64,000 bases of DNA from an uncultured Gammaproteobacteria bacterium. Lineage in GTDB: Bacteria; Patescibacteriota; Patescibacteriia; UBA9934. The notes beneath the pieces are model-generated. The model did no database searches. It was not told where the DNA came from and was given only the letters and a program-made list of their open reading frames with translations. Position 1 is the first letter of the stretch; each line of letters opens with the position of its first letter. The position numbers were made by a program, and so were the translations under genes. Below are positions 1-10,833 of this stretch, one piece after another. The DNA is taken from positions 643,053 to 707,052 of the forward strand of contig CAYVLY010000001.1 of assembly GCA_964452565.1 (NCBI GenBank), given 5' to 3'.

Positions 1-948
1 ATGGCATCAACTTGTGGATCTACATTGGCTCTTATGGATGCTGGGGTCCCAATCAAGGCTCCTGTTGCTGGAATCGCGATGGGGCTTGCATCAAAGGGAG
101 ATGATTGGAAGGTGCTGACCGACCTACAAGACATCGAAGACGGCCTTGGTGGAATGGACTTTAAGATCACAGGATCTCGAGAGGGAATTACTGCAATCCA
201 AATGGATACAAAAACCGATGGGCTGACAATCGATATTATCAAACAGGCGCTGACTCAGTCTCATGATGCAAAGAACCAAGTTCTAGATGCGATCGAGAGC
301 GCCATCAAAGAGCCGCGCGCTGAGCTATCTAAGTACGCACCGCGTATCACAAAGATGCAGATTGACCCTGAGAAAATCCGTGAGGTTATCGGTGCGGGTG
401 GAAAGGTTATTAACGAAATCATCGATACTACTGGAGTTCATACAATCGACATTGAGGACGATGGGATGTTGTTCATCACCGCACCTGACGGTGAAACTGC
501 GGCTGAGGCTAAGAAATGGGTAGAGGATATTACTCGTGAAATCAAAGCTGGTGAGGAGTTTGAGGGAACTGTTGATCGCCTAATGGACTTTGGGGCAATC
601 GTAAGCTACCTACCTGGACGTGACGGTCTTGTGCATGTTTCAGAACTTGCACCATGGCGCGTTGATAAGGTTGAAGACATTGTAAAGGTTGGTGACAAGG
701 TAAAAATCAAAGTCATCGAAATCGACCCAACTGGAAAAACAAGCCTTTCAATGAAACAAGCTGAAGGAAACATTTACACAGAGGAAATGAAGGCTAAGGC
801 ACAAAAGCCAGGAATGGGTAGTGGACGACCTGGAGGGCCACGTGGCCCAAGAGGTGGAGGCGGACGGCCCGGAGGACGCCCGGGCGGACCTCGACCACCA
901 CGCCCTAGACCACCACAACATCCAAGACCAGATCACAAATCTGAATAG
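1..948 (+). CDS. pnp: polyribonucleotide nucleotidyltransferase (PNPase), C-terminal part; gene begins before the window
   Basis: MASTCGSTLALMDAGVPIKAPVAGIAMGL and DxxGxMDFK motifs, KH (IGAGGKVI) and S1 (GLVHVSEL) domains; G/P/R-rich tail. Confidence 0.97.
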   Translation: MASTCGSTLALMDAGVPIKAPVAGIAMGLASKGDDWKVLTDLQDIEDGLGGMDFKITGSREGITAIQMDTKTDGLTIDIIKQALTQSHDAKNQVLDAIESAIKEPRAELSKYAPRITKMQIDPEKIREVIGAGGKVINEIIDTTGVHTIDIEDDGMLFITAPDGETAAEAKKWVEDITREIKAGEEFEGTVDRLMDFGAIVSYLPGRDGLVHVSELAPWRVDKVEDIVKVGDKVKIKVIEIDPTGKTSLSMKQAEGNIYTEEMKAKAQKPGMGSGRPGGPRGPRGGGGRPGGRPGGPRPPRPRPPQHPRPDHKSE

Positions 949-955
949 AAAATAG

Positions 956-982
956 AAATCACCCGCCCCGTGCGGGTGATTT
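956..982 (+). terminator. intrinsic terminator after pnp
   Basis: aaatcacccgc...gcgggtgattt hairpin followed by T-rich tract. Confidence 0.8.
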
Positions 983-1021
983 TGCTTTATATGAACCCAC
1001 AACTACGATAGAATAACAAAC

Positions 1022-2212
1022 ATGCAAAACTTATCTATTTCAATGCACGCTGAAACGACCAAGAAACACTTTCGGTCGAACATAAAAAACTACATCTACG
1101 CAGGGTGTGTTGTTTTATTAGCGATCATCGCCTTTCAAGTCTGGATTACACGTGACACGGTTAGTTCCTTTCATTCAAATGAGATTGTTGCGTCGATTCA
1201 GGTTTTTAAACACGCAGGCAGCATCGAACAGCTTAACAACAGCCTCGGAAACGCCACCATTCTAGGACCATTGACGCTAAACAGCGTCATAAAGCTTTCA
1301 GATAGGGAATTCGCACTACATCTAAATGAATTGGGCCAAATTAGTGAAATAACCGTCGATATCGAACTTAGCGGACAAGAACAGACCCAACTGGAACAAA
1401 TGGGTATTTATTCGATTACATCGAGCGGAAGGACACTAATAAGTCTTGGGTTGATCAAAACCTTTAATGAGCCAGGGCTAAAACTGACAGTCCATGCTTT
1501 AAATCCCTTCTTTGACGGTAAAATATATGAATCTAACCGCTCTGGCTGGCTCTCGATCCACAAAAAAGGGCTAACATTACATGGCTTTGGTGAAAAATCC
1601 GAAATTCGTACCGAGCTAAGCGTTCCAATGGATACAAGCATAACTGCAATGATCTCCTCAACATCAGCAGAAACTGACGCCTTAAACCAATTATCGGTAT
1701 TGATCTCCACCCCATTGAACAGCATTGTTAGTAACCTCTCATCACCTTGGAAGCTGGTTGTTTCATCTGATGAAAACGATAACCTTTTCTATTCGCTGCT
1801 CATTGAAAGCGTATATGAGCTAGAGGAACTAGCTGAGGTTGCAAAATACATTAGCTCATTCGCTAGTTTGTCTACGACAGCGTTGACATTGGAGGACAAA
1901 ACAATAGTTTCAGAGATAAGATCTTCCCAAGAACCAACCATCTCAATAACAACAGAACAGGATACTCACTTCCTCCATATATCGCAGGGCGAGAATGAAC
2001 TCCACCTCACACAAACCCCATCACACTTACTCATTACAAACCATGATACATCGCCAAGTTTAGAGAATATTGAGACTGAGAATACGTGCAAATCAGGTGC
2101 GCATACATTTATCGAGTTAAGCTCACTTATAAAAACTTATAAGGTTCCATCGATCATCACATATCTTGATTTGGTAGCAGTAAACAACAATTCAATATTC
2201 TTTTGTTGGTAA
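1022..2212 (+). CDS. hypothetical protein with N-terminal membrane anchor
   Basis: 396-aa ORF, one hydrophobic segment near residues 25-43, -10-like TAGAAT just upstream. Confidence 0.7.
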   Translation: MQNLSISMHAETTKKHFRSNIKNYIYAGCVVLLAIIAFQVWITRDTVSSFHSNEIVASIQVFKHAGSIEQLNNSLGNATILGPLTLNSVIKLSDREFALHLNELGQISEITVDIELSGQEQTQLEQMGIYSITSSGRTLISLGLIKTFNEPGLKLTVHALNPFFDGKIYESNRSGWLSIHKKGLTLHGFGEKSEIRTELSVPMDTSITAMISSTSAETDALNQLSVLISTPLNSIVSNLSSPWKLVVSSDENDNLFYSLLIESVYELEELAEVAKYISSFASLSTTALTLEDKTIVSEIRSSQEPTISITTEQDTHFLHISQGENELHLTQTPSHLLITNHDTSPSLENIETENTCKSGAHTFIELSSLIKTYKVPSIITYLDLVAVNNNSIFFCW

Positions 2213-2221
2213 TACACAGCT

Positions 2222-2294
2222 TGTGGATAAACCTGTGATAATCCCTAACTTATCCACAGGCATGCAATAACTATAAACACATTTTTTATCCACA
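2222..2294. promoter_or_regulatory. cluster of three perfect DnaA boxes
   Basis: TGTGGATAA 2222-2230, TTATCCACA 2250-2258 and 2286-2294. Confidence 0.8.
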
Positions 2295-2331
2295 TAGCAA
2301 AAATACCCTGTAAACACAGGGTATTTATTGA

Positions 2332-2360
2332 TTGACAATATGTGTTCAACTGAATACAAT
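2332..2360 (+). promoter_or_regulatory. sigma70-type promoter
   Basis: TTGACA(2332-2337)-17 bp-TACAAT(2355-2360). Confidence 0.85.
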
Positions 2361-2366
2361 ATATAT

Positions 2367-2714
2367 AGATACAGTCGTTCCTTCTACAACACCTGACGAC
2401 GTCAGGGGAAGTTTCCCGAACCCACTTTCGGGGAACAGCCCTACTGCGCTGCGGTGTTAGTTCGCTTGAATCTTTGGGGGACAAGCGGATAGAACGCGGC
2501 AAAACCGTCAAATCGGTCCAGCCAATACATGGCAGGGCAGTTGTCCTTTAGCGGGACATATAGGTTTTAGACGCCGATGGACGGAGAGTCTTGTGCAAAT
2601 GCATAATTTGCTCAGAACCCTCCGCCCACAGCGGTGTCCCTACACCCGCGCGTGGGCGCGAGCTCCGGAATCTTTTCCACACACAGTCCGTTGAGCCGCG
2701 CCTTTTCTTTTTTT
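2367..2714 (+). ncRNA. putative structured non-coding RNA (~350 nt), family not recognised
   Basis: near-consensus promoter, several GC-rich hairpins, long-range CGCGGC/GCCGCG pairing then U-tract, no credible ORF. Confidence 0.6.
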
Positions 2715-2822
2715 TACAAAAATTTAAAAATATTCTATCATCGATAGACCCTTTTATTGCATTTTTATTACACAAATCGCAATGCTAGCGAATTATTGGA
2801 AAAAATGAGATAATAATCACGT

Positions 2823-3197
2823 ATGAATGAGAAATTTGTTCAAGAGATGAAGGAACGTCTCGAAAATGAACTAGGACAACTAATAAAAGACCTTTCTGGG
2901 TTTGCCAAACAAGACCCAAAGGCAACAAGGACTGATTTTGTGTCTAAGTTCCCAGAATACGGAGATGACGACGACGAAAACGCCAGTGAGGTTGCAACAT
3001 ACAGCAACAACATAGCTCTTGAAGATAAACTTGAAAAAGAAGTAAGGGACATTAAGAACGCCCTTGAACGGATCGAAAAGAAGGGCTATGGAATGTGCAA
3101 GTACTGCAAAACCGAAATAACTGAAGATCGGCTGCGCGCACGACCAACGTCAACCTCATGTGTTGCATGCAAAAAGACCCTAACCCAGGAACTATAA
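2823..3197 (+). CDS. DksA/TraR family C4 zinc-finger protein
   Basis: coiled-coil with D-x-x-D-x-A-like tip, YGxCxxC...RLxARP...CxxC. Confidence 0.92.
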   Translation: MNEKFVQEMKERLENELGQLIKDLSGFAKQDPKATRTDFVSKFPEYGDDDDENASEVATYSNNIALEDKLEKEVRDIKNALERIEKKGYGMCKYCKTEITEDRLRARPTSTSCVACKKTLTQEL

Positions 3198-3649
3198 TGA
3201 ACCGCAATATCCTTGCCCTTATCGCAGCTGGAATTCTGACAATAGTCGATGGGGCCATCAAATATATAGCTTTAAAACAACCTTCTCTCTTTCAGGAAGG
3301 TTGTTTCGATTCCATTCTTTGCCTATCACTTCATAAAAACTATGGTATTGCTTTCAGCCTGCCAATCCCAGTCTGGCTTACATTGATAATCTCAGGAATT
3401 ATACTTGCGATACTGGTCCAATTCATGTTTCGATTTTGGAAACAGAGGTCGCCGTACACAATACCAGTCATATTGATATCTGTAGGCGCGCTTGGAAACT
3501 TTATAGATCGCATTCTAAATGGATTCACAACTGACTATCTAATTTTCTTCAACATTTCAGCAATCAACATCGCAGATATCCTCATAGTGGCTGGTGTTCT
3601 TCTGACTTTGTGGTACAGTTTTATTAGTACGGACATGAAGAAGCGTTAG
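3197..3649 (+). CDS. lspA: lipoprotein signal peptidase II
   Basis: NYGIAFS, GALGNFIDR, NIAD motifs; ATG overlaps the upstream stop. Confidence 0.93.
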   Translation: MNRNILALIAAGILTIVDGAIKYIALKQPSLFQEGCFDSILCLSLHKNYGIAFSLPIPVWLTLIISGIILAILVQFMFRFWKQRSPYTIPVILISVGALGNFIDRILNGFTTDYLIFFNISAINIADILIVAGVLLTLWYSFISTDMKKR

Positions 3650-3687
3650 ACAGAGCGCTCTAAATCAACACTCCCAACACCTTGTGT

Positions 3688-5205
3688 ATGGGATCTTCTT
3701 TTATTTATTCATCAGCACACATTGGACTTGATAGCATTCGCATAAGAGTTGAGGCTGATATATCGCCCGGCCTTCCAAAATTTACAATTGTGGGTCTTCC
3801 TGATGCTGCGATCTCTGAATCCAGAGAAAGAATTCGTGCAGCGATTAAAAATAGCGGGATGCCATTCCCGCGCACGCGAGTCACAGTAAATCTGGCTCCG
3901 GCTGATATAAAAAAGCAGGGCCCAATGTACGACCTTCCAATTGCAATCAGTATTTTGATCGCAGCTGGGCTTGTTTCGCAAACCAACATCACACAATCAT
4001 CGGCTCTGCTGGGTGAACTTTCGCTTGAGGGACATGTTCGTCCTGTTCATGGCGCGCTGCTGGCAGCGACAATGTGTCACGAGCACAAACTTGAACGATT
4101 AATTGTTGCACAAGGGAACGCCAATGAAGCATCGATTGTTAAGGGAGTGCGCATCTGTCCCATTGGATCATTACGCGAGCTTGTAGATCTTTTAAGAGTA
4201 AATGATGAGCTTAGCTCTCACATCGCACCGAAGCTAAAAAAGCCCAGACAGGACGATCTGACAGACTTTGCAGACATTAAGGGTCAAGAACATGTAAAAC
4301 GCGCTCTCGAAATCACAGCAGCAGGTAACCACAATATGCTCATGATAGGCCCGCCAGGCTCTGGTAAGACAATGCTCGCTAAGGCTATTCCATCAATACT
4401 GCCGCCTTTGAGATTTGATGAAGCGCTGGAAACAACAAAGATATACTCCATCTCAGGGCTATTGGGGAGAACACATCTCCTGCGGGCACGGCCTTTTAGA
4501 CATCCGCACCACACAAGCTCGAGTACGGCACTTATCGGGGGAGGGACGTGGCCAAGGCCTGGCGAGGTATCCCTGGCGCACAATGGCATATTGTTTTTAG
4601 ATGAGTTCGCTGAGTTCACTCGCAAAACTATTGAAAACCTTCGTCAGCCAATTGAAGATAAGACAGTAACAATCTCCCGCGCCTCAGGCACAATTACTTT
4701 TCCCTCAAACTTTATGTTGGTCGCTGCCATGAACCCATGCCCCTGCGGCTTCTTACATGACCAACAACGTATGTGTGAATGTACACCTGGCCAGATTCAA
4801 ACCTACAAGCGCAAGCTCTCTGGCCCCATCCTTGATCGGATAGACCTAACAGTCGACGTCCCAAGAGTAGAGTTTGAAAAACTAACCTCAAATATTGTTG
4901 GGGAATCATCAAGCGCAATCCGTAGACGCATTCGACAAGCGCGGAAACAACAGGATAATCGATTTTCAAAACTCCTGATCAACACTAATGATCAATTAAC
5001 AACAAAACTGCTTGGACGATTTTGTAAACTAGATGATCAAAGTATCGAAATTATCAAAAAAGCAATAGACCAGTACCACCTTTCTGCGCGCGCCTATACT
5101 CGCACGCTTAAAGTTGCGAGAACCATTGCCGACATCGATGCGTCTGAGAATATTCAGATCAGCCACCTTGCCGAAGCTCTAAGATATCGGTGTACGCGTT
5201 ATTAA
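3688..5205 (+). CDS. comM: YifB/ComM family Mg-chelatase-like AAA+ ATPase
   Basis: IVGLPDAAISESRERIR, GPPGSGKT, GEVSLAHNGILFLDE, NPCPCG. Confidence 0.93.
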   Translation: MGSSFIYSSAHIGLDSIRIRVEADISPGLPKFTIVGLPDAAISESRERIRAAIKNSGMPFPRTRVTVNLAPADIKKQGPMYDLPIAISILIAAGLVSQTNITQSSALLGELSLEGHVRPVHGALLAATMCHEHKLERLIVAQGNANEASIVKGVRICPIGSLRELVDLLRVNDELSSHIAPKLKKPRQDDLTDFADIKGQEHVKRALEITAAGNHNMLMIGPPGSGKTMLAKAIPSILPPLRFDEALETTKIYSISGLLGRTHLLRARPFRHPHHTSSSTALIGGGTWPRPGEVSLAHNGILFLDEFAEFTRKTIENLRQPIEDKTVTISRASGTITFPSNFMLVAAMNPCPCGFLHDQQRMCECTPGQIQTYKRKLSGPILDRIDLTVDVPRVEFEKLTSNIVGESSSAIRRRIRQARKQQDNRFSKLLINTNDQLTTKLLGRFCKLDDQSIEIIKKAIDQYHLSARAYTRTLKVARTIADIDASENIQISHLAEALRYRCTRY

Positions 5206-5242
5206 AAGCAGAAGACCCCGCACCGAGAGCTCTCGGACAGGG

Positions 5243-5698
5243 TCACGAACGCACAGCGCATACGTCAGGCATCAGCAGCATGAAGTTGTACCTGTGCTGA
5301 TCTTGGGCGGTTCCGACAGCACAAAGCGGCAGTCGAACCCCAGCGACCATCACACTCGAGCGCAGCACCAGGTCTGTGCCCCAAAGCATCAGATAGTTAC
5401 CTTCCGCGGCGGTTATGACTTGTGCAAAGTCTTCGTTGTCGGGCGTAGACACAAACGCCCGGAAGGCAATGCGCCGAAGATCCGCCCTGGGCACTTCCTT
5501 GAGCGGCCCCAGAAAGAACCACATAAATGCCGGGCTTGGCATACCACGTAAGCACAGTCCTCGCCCCCAATCTAGGTCAGGGAAGTCATCCTGCATATAT
5601 GAGAGCTTCATATAAGTTGCCTCGTCAGATCTCCAACCCACCTCTTCACCCATGAGCCACCTCCTTATCATAGACCACAAGCCCACTATTCTTATCAA
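5243..5698 (-). CDS. hypothetical protein (GC-rich ORFan; start uncertain)
   Basis: 151-aa ORF filling the gap between two terminator-like hairpins; TTGACA on the minus strand near 5716. Confidence 0.5.
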   Translation of the reverse strand: MIRIVGLWSMIRRWLMGEEVGWRSDEATYMKLSYMQDDFPDLDWGRGLCLRGMPSPAFMWFFLGPLKEVPRADLRRIAFRAFVSTPDNEDFAQVITAAEGNYLMLWGTDLVLRSSVMVAGVRLPLCAVGTAQDQHRYNFMLLMPDVCAVRS

Positions 5699-5759
5699 AA
5701 ACTGAGGCTATGTCAACCAAAAACACCCCACGTACGCGAGGTGCTCTTAAGCTTTCAAA

Positions 5760-7094
5760 CTATCGAATGTATTCTAACGGGTTCATCTTTACACCGTTTA
5801 CAATCACCTCATAGTGAAGGTGGGTACCTGTTGAGTATCCGGTTGTCCCACAAAGACCAATTGCCTGGCCCACAGTAACATACTGTCCGGAAGAAACATA
5901 TAAAGCTGAGTTATGGGCATAACGAGTCATTATTCCGTTTCCATGGTCAATATCAATTACATACCCGTAGCCACCATTCCATCCTGAGAATGTCACATAT
6001 CCATTATCTGACGCGTAGTTATAGTTATCGTAGTAACAGTCAACATCCAGTCCACTATGACGCCAACCATAGTACTGTGTGATCACACGCAGATCGGTTG
6101 GCCAAAGCAAGTATCCAGTTCCTGTTGCTTGGGTGGATGTAACGCTGGTAGTAGTTGTTGTAGTTGTGGGGGTTGAGAAGAGCGAACTAATGGCGCTACT
6201 TGTAGACCGTGTAGTTGCCTGAACCTCTCCTCCGGGAATAATCAACTCATCACCAATTGATAAGATTGCGCCACTGCTCATTCCGTTGTAATCCAAGATC
6301 TCATCCTGATCAATATCATAGTCATATGCAATCTGCGCGATAGTATCTCCGCTTAAAACTGTGTGCTTTACTCCATCAAGAGGTAGGATAGTTAAAGTAT
6401 CTCCTGGTTGCAGCACAGAGCTAACACTCAAGTTGTTTGCCCACAACAAAGTATTAATCGAAAGGTCGTAATCAGACGCGATCGAGGAAAGCGTGTCTCC
6501 ACCAGCAACTGTATAAGACTCAGCCTCAGATCGGTCTGTTGAAATCTTGGCAACAGTAGCTGTCTCAGTGCCAGGAATGGCAACAAGGGCCTCTCCGCCA
6601 TAAAGCAGCTCCTCAGACACGGCAATGTCCTCTTCTAAAACAGCCACTGCCTGAGTGGATTCAATAGAAACCCCGGTGCGTTCACGATACTCAACAGAAG
6701 CAACACTTAGTACAACGTCCTCACTCGCATACTCCTGCACAATCCTCCCAGCGTCTTCTGCAACAAGAGCATACATAAGACTTTGCTCACCAAATCCTTC
6801 CGCCCGAACAATGCTTGTTTGCAGATTCAAAACTCCAACGATTAGCACAACGCCAATGATAACACCATGCACGGTGTAACGATTAGCAACAACGAGCATC
6901 ATCTTGTTTTTGGCTGGTTTATAAACTGCCATCAAGTGCCTCTTCAAAGAAAACAAAAGCTGATATACCGGAACAAGCGCAAAAACCAATACTTTTGTGA
7001 CAACTCTCATGGGCCCGAAGACAGAATTTAGTGCACGCAAAAAAACAGGCTTGATCCTAACAAGGATTCGAACAGCCTTGAGTGCATGTCTCAC
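5760..7094 (-). CDS. LysM-repeat M23 family peptidase (murein hydrolase or activator)
   Basis: two LysM repeats (YTVAGGDTLSSIA, HTVLSGDTIAQIA), HSGLD, YAH, TGTHLHYEV. Confidence 0.93.
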   Translation of the reverse strand: MRHALKAVRILVRIKPVFLRALNSVFGPMRVVTKVLVFALVPVYQLLFSLKRHLMAVYKPAKNKMMLVVANRYTVHGVIIGVVLIVGVLNLQTSIVRAEGFGEQSLMYALVAEDAGRIVQEYASEDVVLSVASVEYRERTGVSIESTQAVAVLEEDIAVSEELLYGGEALVAIPGTETATVAKISTDRSEAESYTVAGGDTLSSIASDYDLSINTLLWANNLSVSSVLQPGDTLTILPLDGVKHTVLSGDTIAQIAYDYDIDQDEILDYNGMSSGAILSIGDELIIPGGEVQATTRSTSSAISSLFSTPTTTTTTTSVTSTQATGTGYLLWPTDLRVITQYYGWRHSGLDVDCYYDNYNYASDNGYVTFSGWNGGYGYVIDIDHGNGIMTRYAHNSALYVSSGQYVTVGQAIGLCGTTGYSTGTHLHYEVIVNGVKMNPLEYIR

Positions 7095-7324
7095 AATAAA
7101 TTGTTTGAAACGCTCTTGTATACCTATTTGGTAATGCTTAGAACAATGCTAACGATAGCAAAACCTCGCCCTGATGTCAATCAAAAAAAGCTATTTTTTG
7201 ACCAACGCTGGTCATCTTTTTGTCTGAAATCAATAAAGAGTTGTAAACCGCGTTCGTTGACAATAGCTCGAGCGATTCGTATTATTAGCACGCTATTAAA
7301 AACTTAATGTCTTAGATCTTTTCT

Positions 7325-9316
7325 ATGGATATAACGCTTCTGGCGATGTTGGTTGCAGGTCTTGCAATCATCTACACCATCTTTCTGATCTCATGGATCA
7401 TGAAGCTTCCTTCAGGTGAGGGAAAAATGAAAGGTATTGCTCTTGCAATTCAAGAAGGAGCAAACGCCTACCTTGCGCGACAGTATCGCGTAATTGGACT
7501 AATCGGAGTCGTAGTATTTCTTCTACTAGGCTTCTTTCTAAACTGGACTACAGCAATCGGATTTGCAGTTGGTGCGGTCCTATCCGGAATTGCCGGGTAC
7601 ATTGGAATGCTTGTCTCTGTTCGTGCAAATGTCCGCACAACGGTGGCAGCGAAAGATGGACTTGCGCCAGCACTAAATGTTGCTGTTAAGTCAGGTGCTG
7701 TAACTGGACTCTTTGTAGTAACGCTTGGGCTTCTCGGATCAGCTACGTTCTACTACTTCACGCATGATGTGCATGCTTTGATTGGTATCGGATTTGGAGG
7801 ATCACTTATTTCCGTATTTGCGAGACTCGGTGGAGGAATCTTTACTAAAGCAGCAGATGTTGGGGCTGATCTTGTGGGAAAGGTTGAGGCTGGAATCCCA
7901 GAAGACGATCCACGAAACCCAGCAGTTATAGCAGACAATGTTGGAGACAATGTTGGAGACTGCGCTGGAATGGCAGCTGACCTTTATGAGACCTATGTGG
8001 TTTCAACAATGGTCGCGATGCTCATCGGACTTCTCATATTTGGAAATATCGAAGCTATTATCACATTCCCGTTAGCGGTAGGGGCGGTTGCAATAATCGC
8101 AACTGTGATTGGAACCTTCTTTATTCGACTTGGATCAAAGCAGGGAATCATGGCAGCGCTCTACAAGGGACTAATCGTTAGCGGAGTTCTATCAGCCGCA
8201 GCCTTTTACCCACTTACAAATTGGTTGCTTGGTGGGATTGAGGGAATCAATGCAATAAACGTATTCTGGTCATTGATTATCGGACTTGTTGTTACAGCAC
8301 TAATGGTGGTTATTACTGAGTACTACACATCAACAGACTACAAGCCAGTACGTAACGTTGCAGAGGCTTCACAAACAGGACATGGAACAAACATCATTTC
8401 AGGACTAGCACTCTCAATGCGCTCAACCGCATGGCCGGTATTAGTAATCGTTGCTGGACTTCTAGCATCATACGCGCTTGCAGATATCTACGGAGCAGCA
8501 ATGGCAGTGATGTCAATGCTCTCACTTGCTGGAATGATTGTTACCTTGGATGCTTATGGACCAGTAACTGATAACGCTGGAGGAATCGCGGAAATGTCAG
8601 GACTGCCAGCAGACGTTCGAGAGACTACTGACAAGCTTGATGCTGTTGGAAACACAACAAAGGCTGTTACAAAAGGATACGCAATCGCATCTGCTGGACT
8701 TGCAGCAACTGTATTGTTTGCAAGTTACACTGAGGAACTTTTAGCAGCAGGGCAGGAGTTCGCGTTCTCACTTTCAAACCCATATGTCGTGGCTGGGCTA
8801 CTAATCGGAGGCTTACTTCCTTACTTGTTTGCAGCATTTGCAATGGAGGCTGTCGGAAAAGCTGCTGGTAGAGTTGTTGAGGAAGTCCGACGTCAGTTCA
8901 AAGAAATAAAAGGAATCATGGATGGCTCTGGAAAGCCCGAGTATGGTGCGTGTGTAGACATCGTTACAAAGGCTGCTCTTGGGCAGATGATCATTCCAGC
9001 GCTCATTCCAATTGTTGTACCAATTGTTGTAGGAATCTTCCTTGGACCCGAAGCCCTTGGTGGCCTACTCATCGGTTCAATCGTAACTGGACTCTTCTTG
9101 GCAATCTCAATGACAACTGGAGGTGGAGCATGGGACAATGCAAAGAAGTATATTGAACTAGGAAACTATGGCGGAAAGAAGTCATTGGCGCATGATGCAG
9201 CAGTAACAGGAGACACTGTTGGTGATCCTTATAAAGACACAGCAGGACCTGCAATAAACCCAATGATTAAGATCGTGAACATCATTGCATTGCTGATTGT
9301 GGCACTAATTATCTAG
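7325..9316 (+). CDS. hppA: membrane H+-translocating pyrophosphatase, K+-independent type
   Basis: [26 protein letters not shown] (Lys at the K+-dependence position), [10 protein letters not shown]. Confidence 0.96.
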   Translation: MDITLLAMLVAGLAIIYTIFLISWIMKLPSGEGKMKGIALAIQEGANAYLARQYRVIGLIGVVVFLLLGFFLNWTTAIGFAVGAVLSGIAGYIGMLVSVRANVRTTVAAKDGLAPALNVAVKSGAVTGLFVVTLGLLGSATFYYFTHDVHALIGIGFGGSLISVFARLGGGIFTKAADVGADLVGKVEAGIPEDDPRNPAVIADNVGDNVGDCAGMAADLYETYVVSTMVAMLIGLLIFGNIEAIITFPLAVGAVAIIATVIGTFFIRLGSKQGIMAALYKGLIVSGVLSAAAFYPLTNWLLGGIEGINAINVFWSLIIGLVVTALMVVITEYYTSTDYKPVRNVAEASQTGHGTNIISGLALSMRSTAWPVLVIVAGLLASYALADIYGAAMAVMSMLSLAGMIVTLDAYGPVTDNAGGIAEMSGLPADVRETTDKLDAVGNTTKAVTKGYAIASAGLAATVLFASYTEELLAAGQEFAFSLSNPYVVAGLLIGGLLPYLFAAFAMEAVGKAAGRVVEEVRRQFKEIKGIMDGSGKPEYGACVDIVTKAALGQMIIPALIPIVVPIVVGIFLGPEALGGLLIGSIVTGLFLAISMTTGGGAWDNAKKYIELGNYGGKKSLAHDAAVTGDTVGDPYKDTAGPAINPMIKIVNIIALLIVALII

Positions 9317-9326
9317 AACTGACACA

Positions 9327-9357
9327 AAAGACCCCCGACCCGCTCGGGGGTCTTTTT
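9327..9357 (+). terminator. intrinsic terminator
   Basis: aaagacccccga...tcgggggtctttt. Confidence 0.85.
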
Positions 9358-9414
9358 GTTGACATATTCGACAAAATCCGACATACTCCGCGCGTAAATC
9401 AATCAATAATTTCT

Positions 9415-10698
9415 ATGTCATATACGACACAAACAGATAAAAACAAGGTTACTTTTACCATCACCATTCCGGCAGAAGAAGTTAAGGCAGCAATGAAAGA
9501 AGCTGCAACGCGGATAGGTGAGAGCTCAGATATTAAAGGATTCCGTCCCGGAAAAGCTGACTATGCTACGATCGAAAAGCGAGTTGGTGAAATGAAAATT
9601 CTTGAAGAGGCTACTGAAGGACTGGTTCGAGAGGCCTTCATGAAAGCATTGCTCGAAGAGAAAATCGAAAGTGTTGGTCAGCCATACTTTAACATGAACA
9701 AAATGGCTCCAGGAAATGATATGGAGTTTACTGCTGAAGTGTCGCTCATGCCAAAGATCCAAAAGCTTGCTGACTACAACAAACTTTCTGTGAAGAAAGG
9801 GGATGCGACTCCAAAGCAGGAGCTTATTGATCAATCAAAGAAAGATCTTGCAAGCATGCAAACAAAAGAAGTTCGCGCAAAGGCCGGATATGAACTCAAG
9901 CAAGGCGACAAGGCAGTTGTAAATCTTACAATGAAGAAAGATGGAGTTGTGGTTGAGGGTGGCGAAGGTCAGAATCACGGGATCTACACTACTGAGAGCT
10001 ACTATGTTGAGGGGTTTATCGACAAAATTATCGGAATGAAGGAAGGTGACTCCAGGTCATTTACTCTAAAATTCCCTAAAGAACATTATCAAAAGCATCT
10101 AGCCGGTCAGGACATTGAGTTCACTGTTGAGATGAAGGAGATCTTTGAACTTGACACTCCAGAGTTTGACGACAAGTTCGCGCAAGCGCTTGGAATGAAG
10201 GATATAAAGGAGCTCGAAGAAAAGCTTATTGAAAACCTTACAAAAGAAAACGAAATGGAAGAGGCTCGACGACAAGAAAAGGAGATGCTTGAGATGATTG
10301 CAGACAAATCTAAGTTCGATGACATCCCTGACATCCTTGTTAACCAAGAGGTTGAAAAAATGATCCATGAGATGCAGCAATCTATCTCACAACGTGGGAT
10401 GAAGCTTGAAGAGTACTTGCAGTCAATTGGAAAGACGATGGCAGATATGAAGCTCGATTTTGCACCAAATGCACTCACTCGAGTAAAAGTCTCTCTCATC
10501 TTGCGGGAGATCGCGAAGAACGAAGCTGTAAAGATCGACGCAAAAGAACTTGATTCAGAAATCGAAAAGGTTGCAAAGCAATACGAGGACAAAGAACAAA
10601 AAAAATACATCCAATCACCACAGTATCGGGACTTTGTGGAGATGCAGATGAAGAATAAAAAGGTTATTGACCTACTTCGATCAAAGATAGTTAAGTAA
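9415..10698 (+). CDS. tig: trigger factor
   Basis: GFRPGKA ribosome-binding motif, FKBP-like middle (FPKEHY..LAG), helical C-domain. Confidence 0.95.
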   Translation: MSYTTQTDKNKVTFTITIPAEEVKAAMKEAATRIGESSDIKGFRPGKADYATIEKRVGEMKILEEATEGLVREAFMKALLEEKIESVGQPYFNMNKMAPGNDMEFTAEVSLMPKIQKLADYNKLSVKKGDATPKQELIDQSKKDLASMQTKEVRAKAGYELKQGDKAVVNLTMKKDGVVVEGGEGQNHGIYTTESYYVEGFIDKIIGMKEGDSRSFTLKFPKEHYQKHLAGQDIEFTVEMKEIFELDTPEFDDKFAQALGMKDIKELEEKLIENLTKENEMEEARRQEKEMLEMIADKSKFDDIPDILVNQEVEKMIHEMQQSISQRGMKLEEYLQSIGKTMADMKLDFAPNALTRVKVSLILREIAKNEAVKIDAKELDSEIEKVAKQYEDKEQKKYIQSPQYRDFVEMQMKNKKVIDLLRSKIVK

Positions 10699-10717
10699 AA
10701 CCAATACAAAACAACAA

Positions 10718-10742
10718 AGAACCGCCTTCGGGCGGTTCTTTT
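10718..10742 (+). terminator. intrinsic terminator
   Basis: agaaccgcc-ttcg-ggcggttcttt. Confidence 0.85.
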
Positions 10743-10833
10743 GATATTGACAAAAAGGCGATAATACGGTATGTTCGAGGGTACCTTCAACCCCAGCCAC
10801 CAACCCCAAATGCAGCAATGCTGAAAGGACTGC

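Noticed and set aside
810-948. G/P/R-rich low-complexity tail of PNPase
   Set aside because: Disordered tails are common on PNPase; not unusual
2367-2714. RNase P RNA, tmRNA or T-box identity for the 350-nt RNA
   Set aside because: Size fits, but GGAAAGUCC/CGGCUUA, tRNA-like ends and the UGGNACC T-box motif were not found
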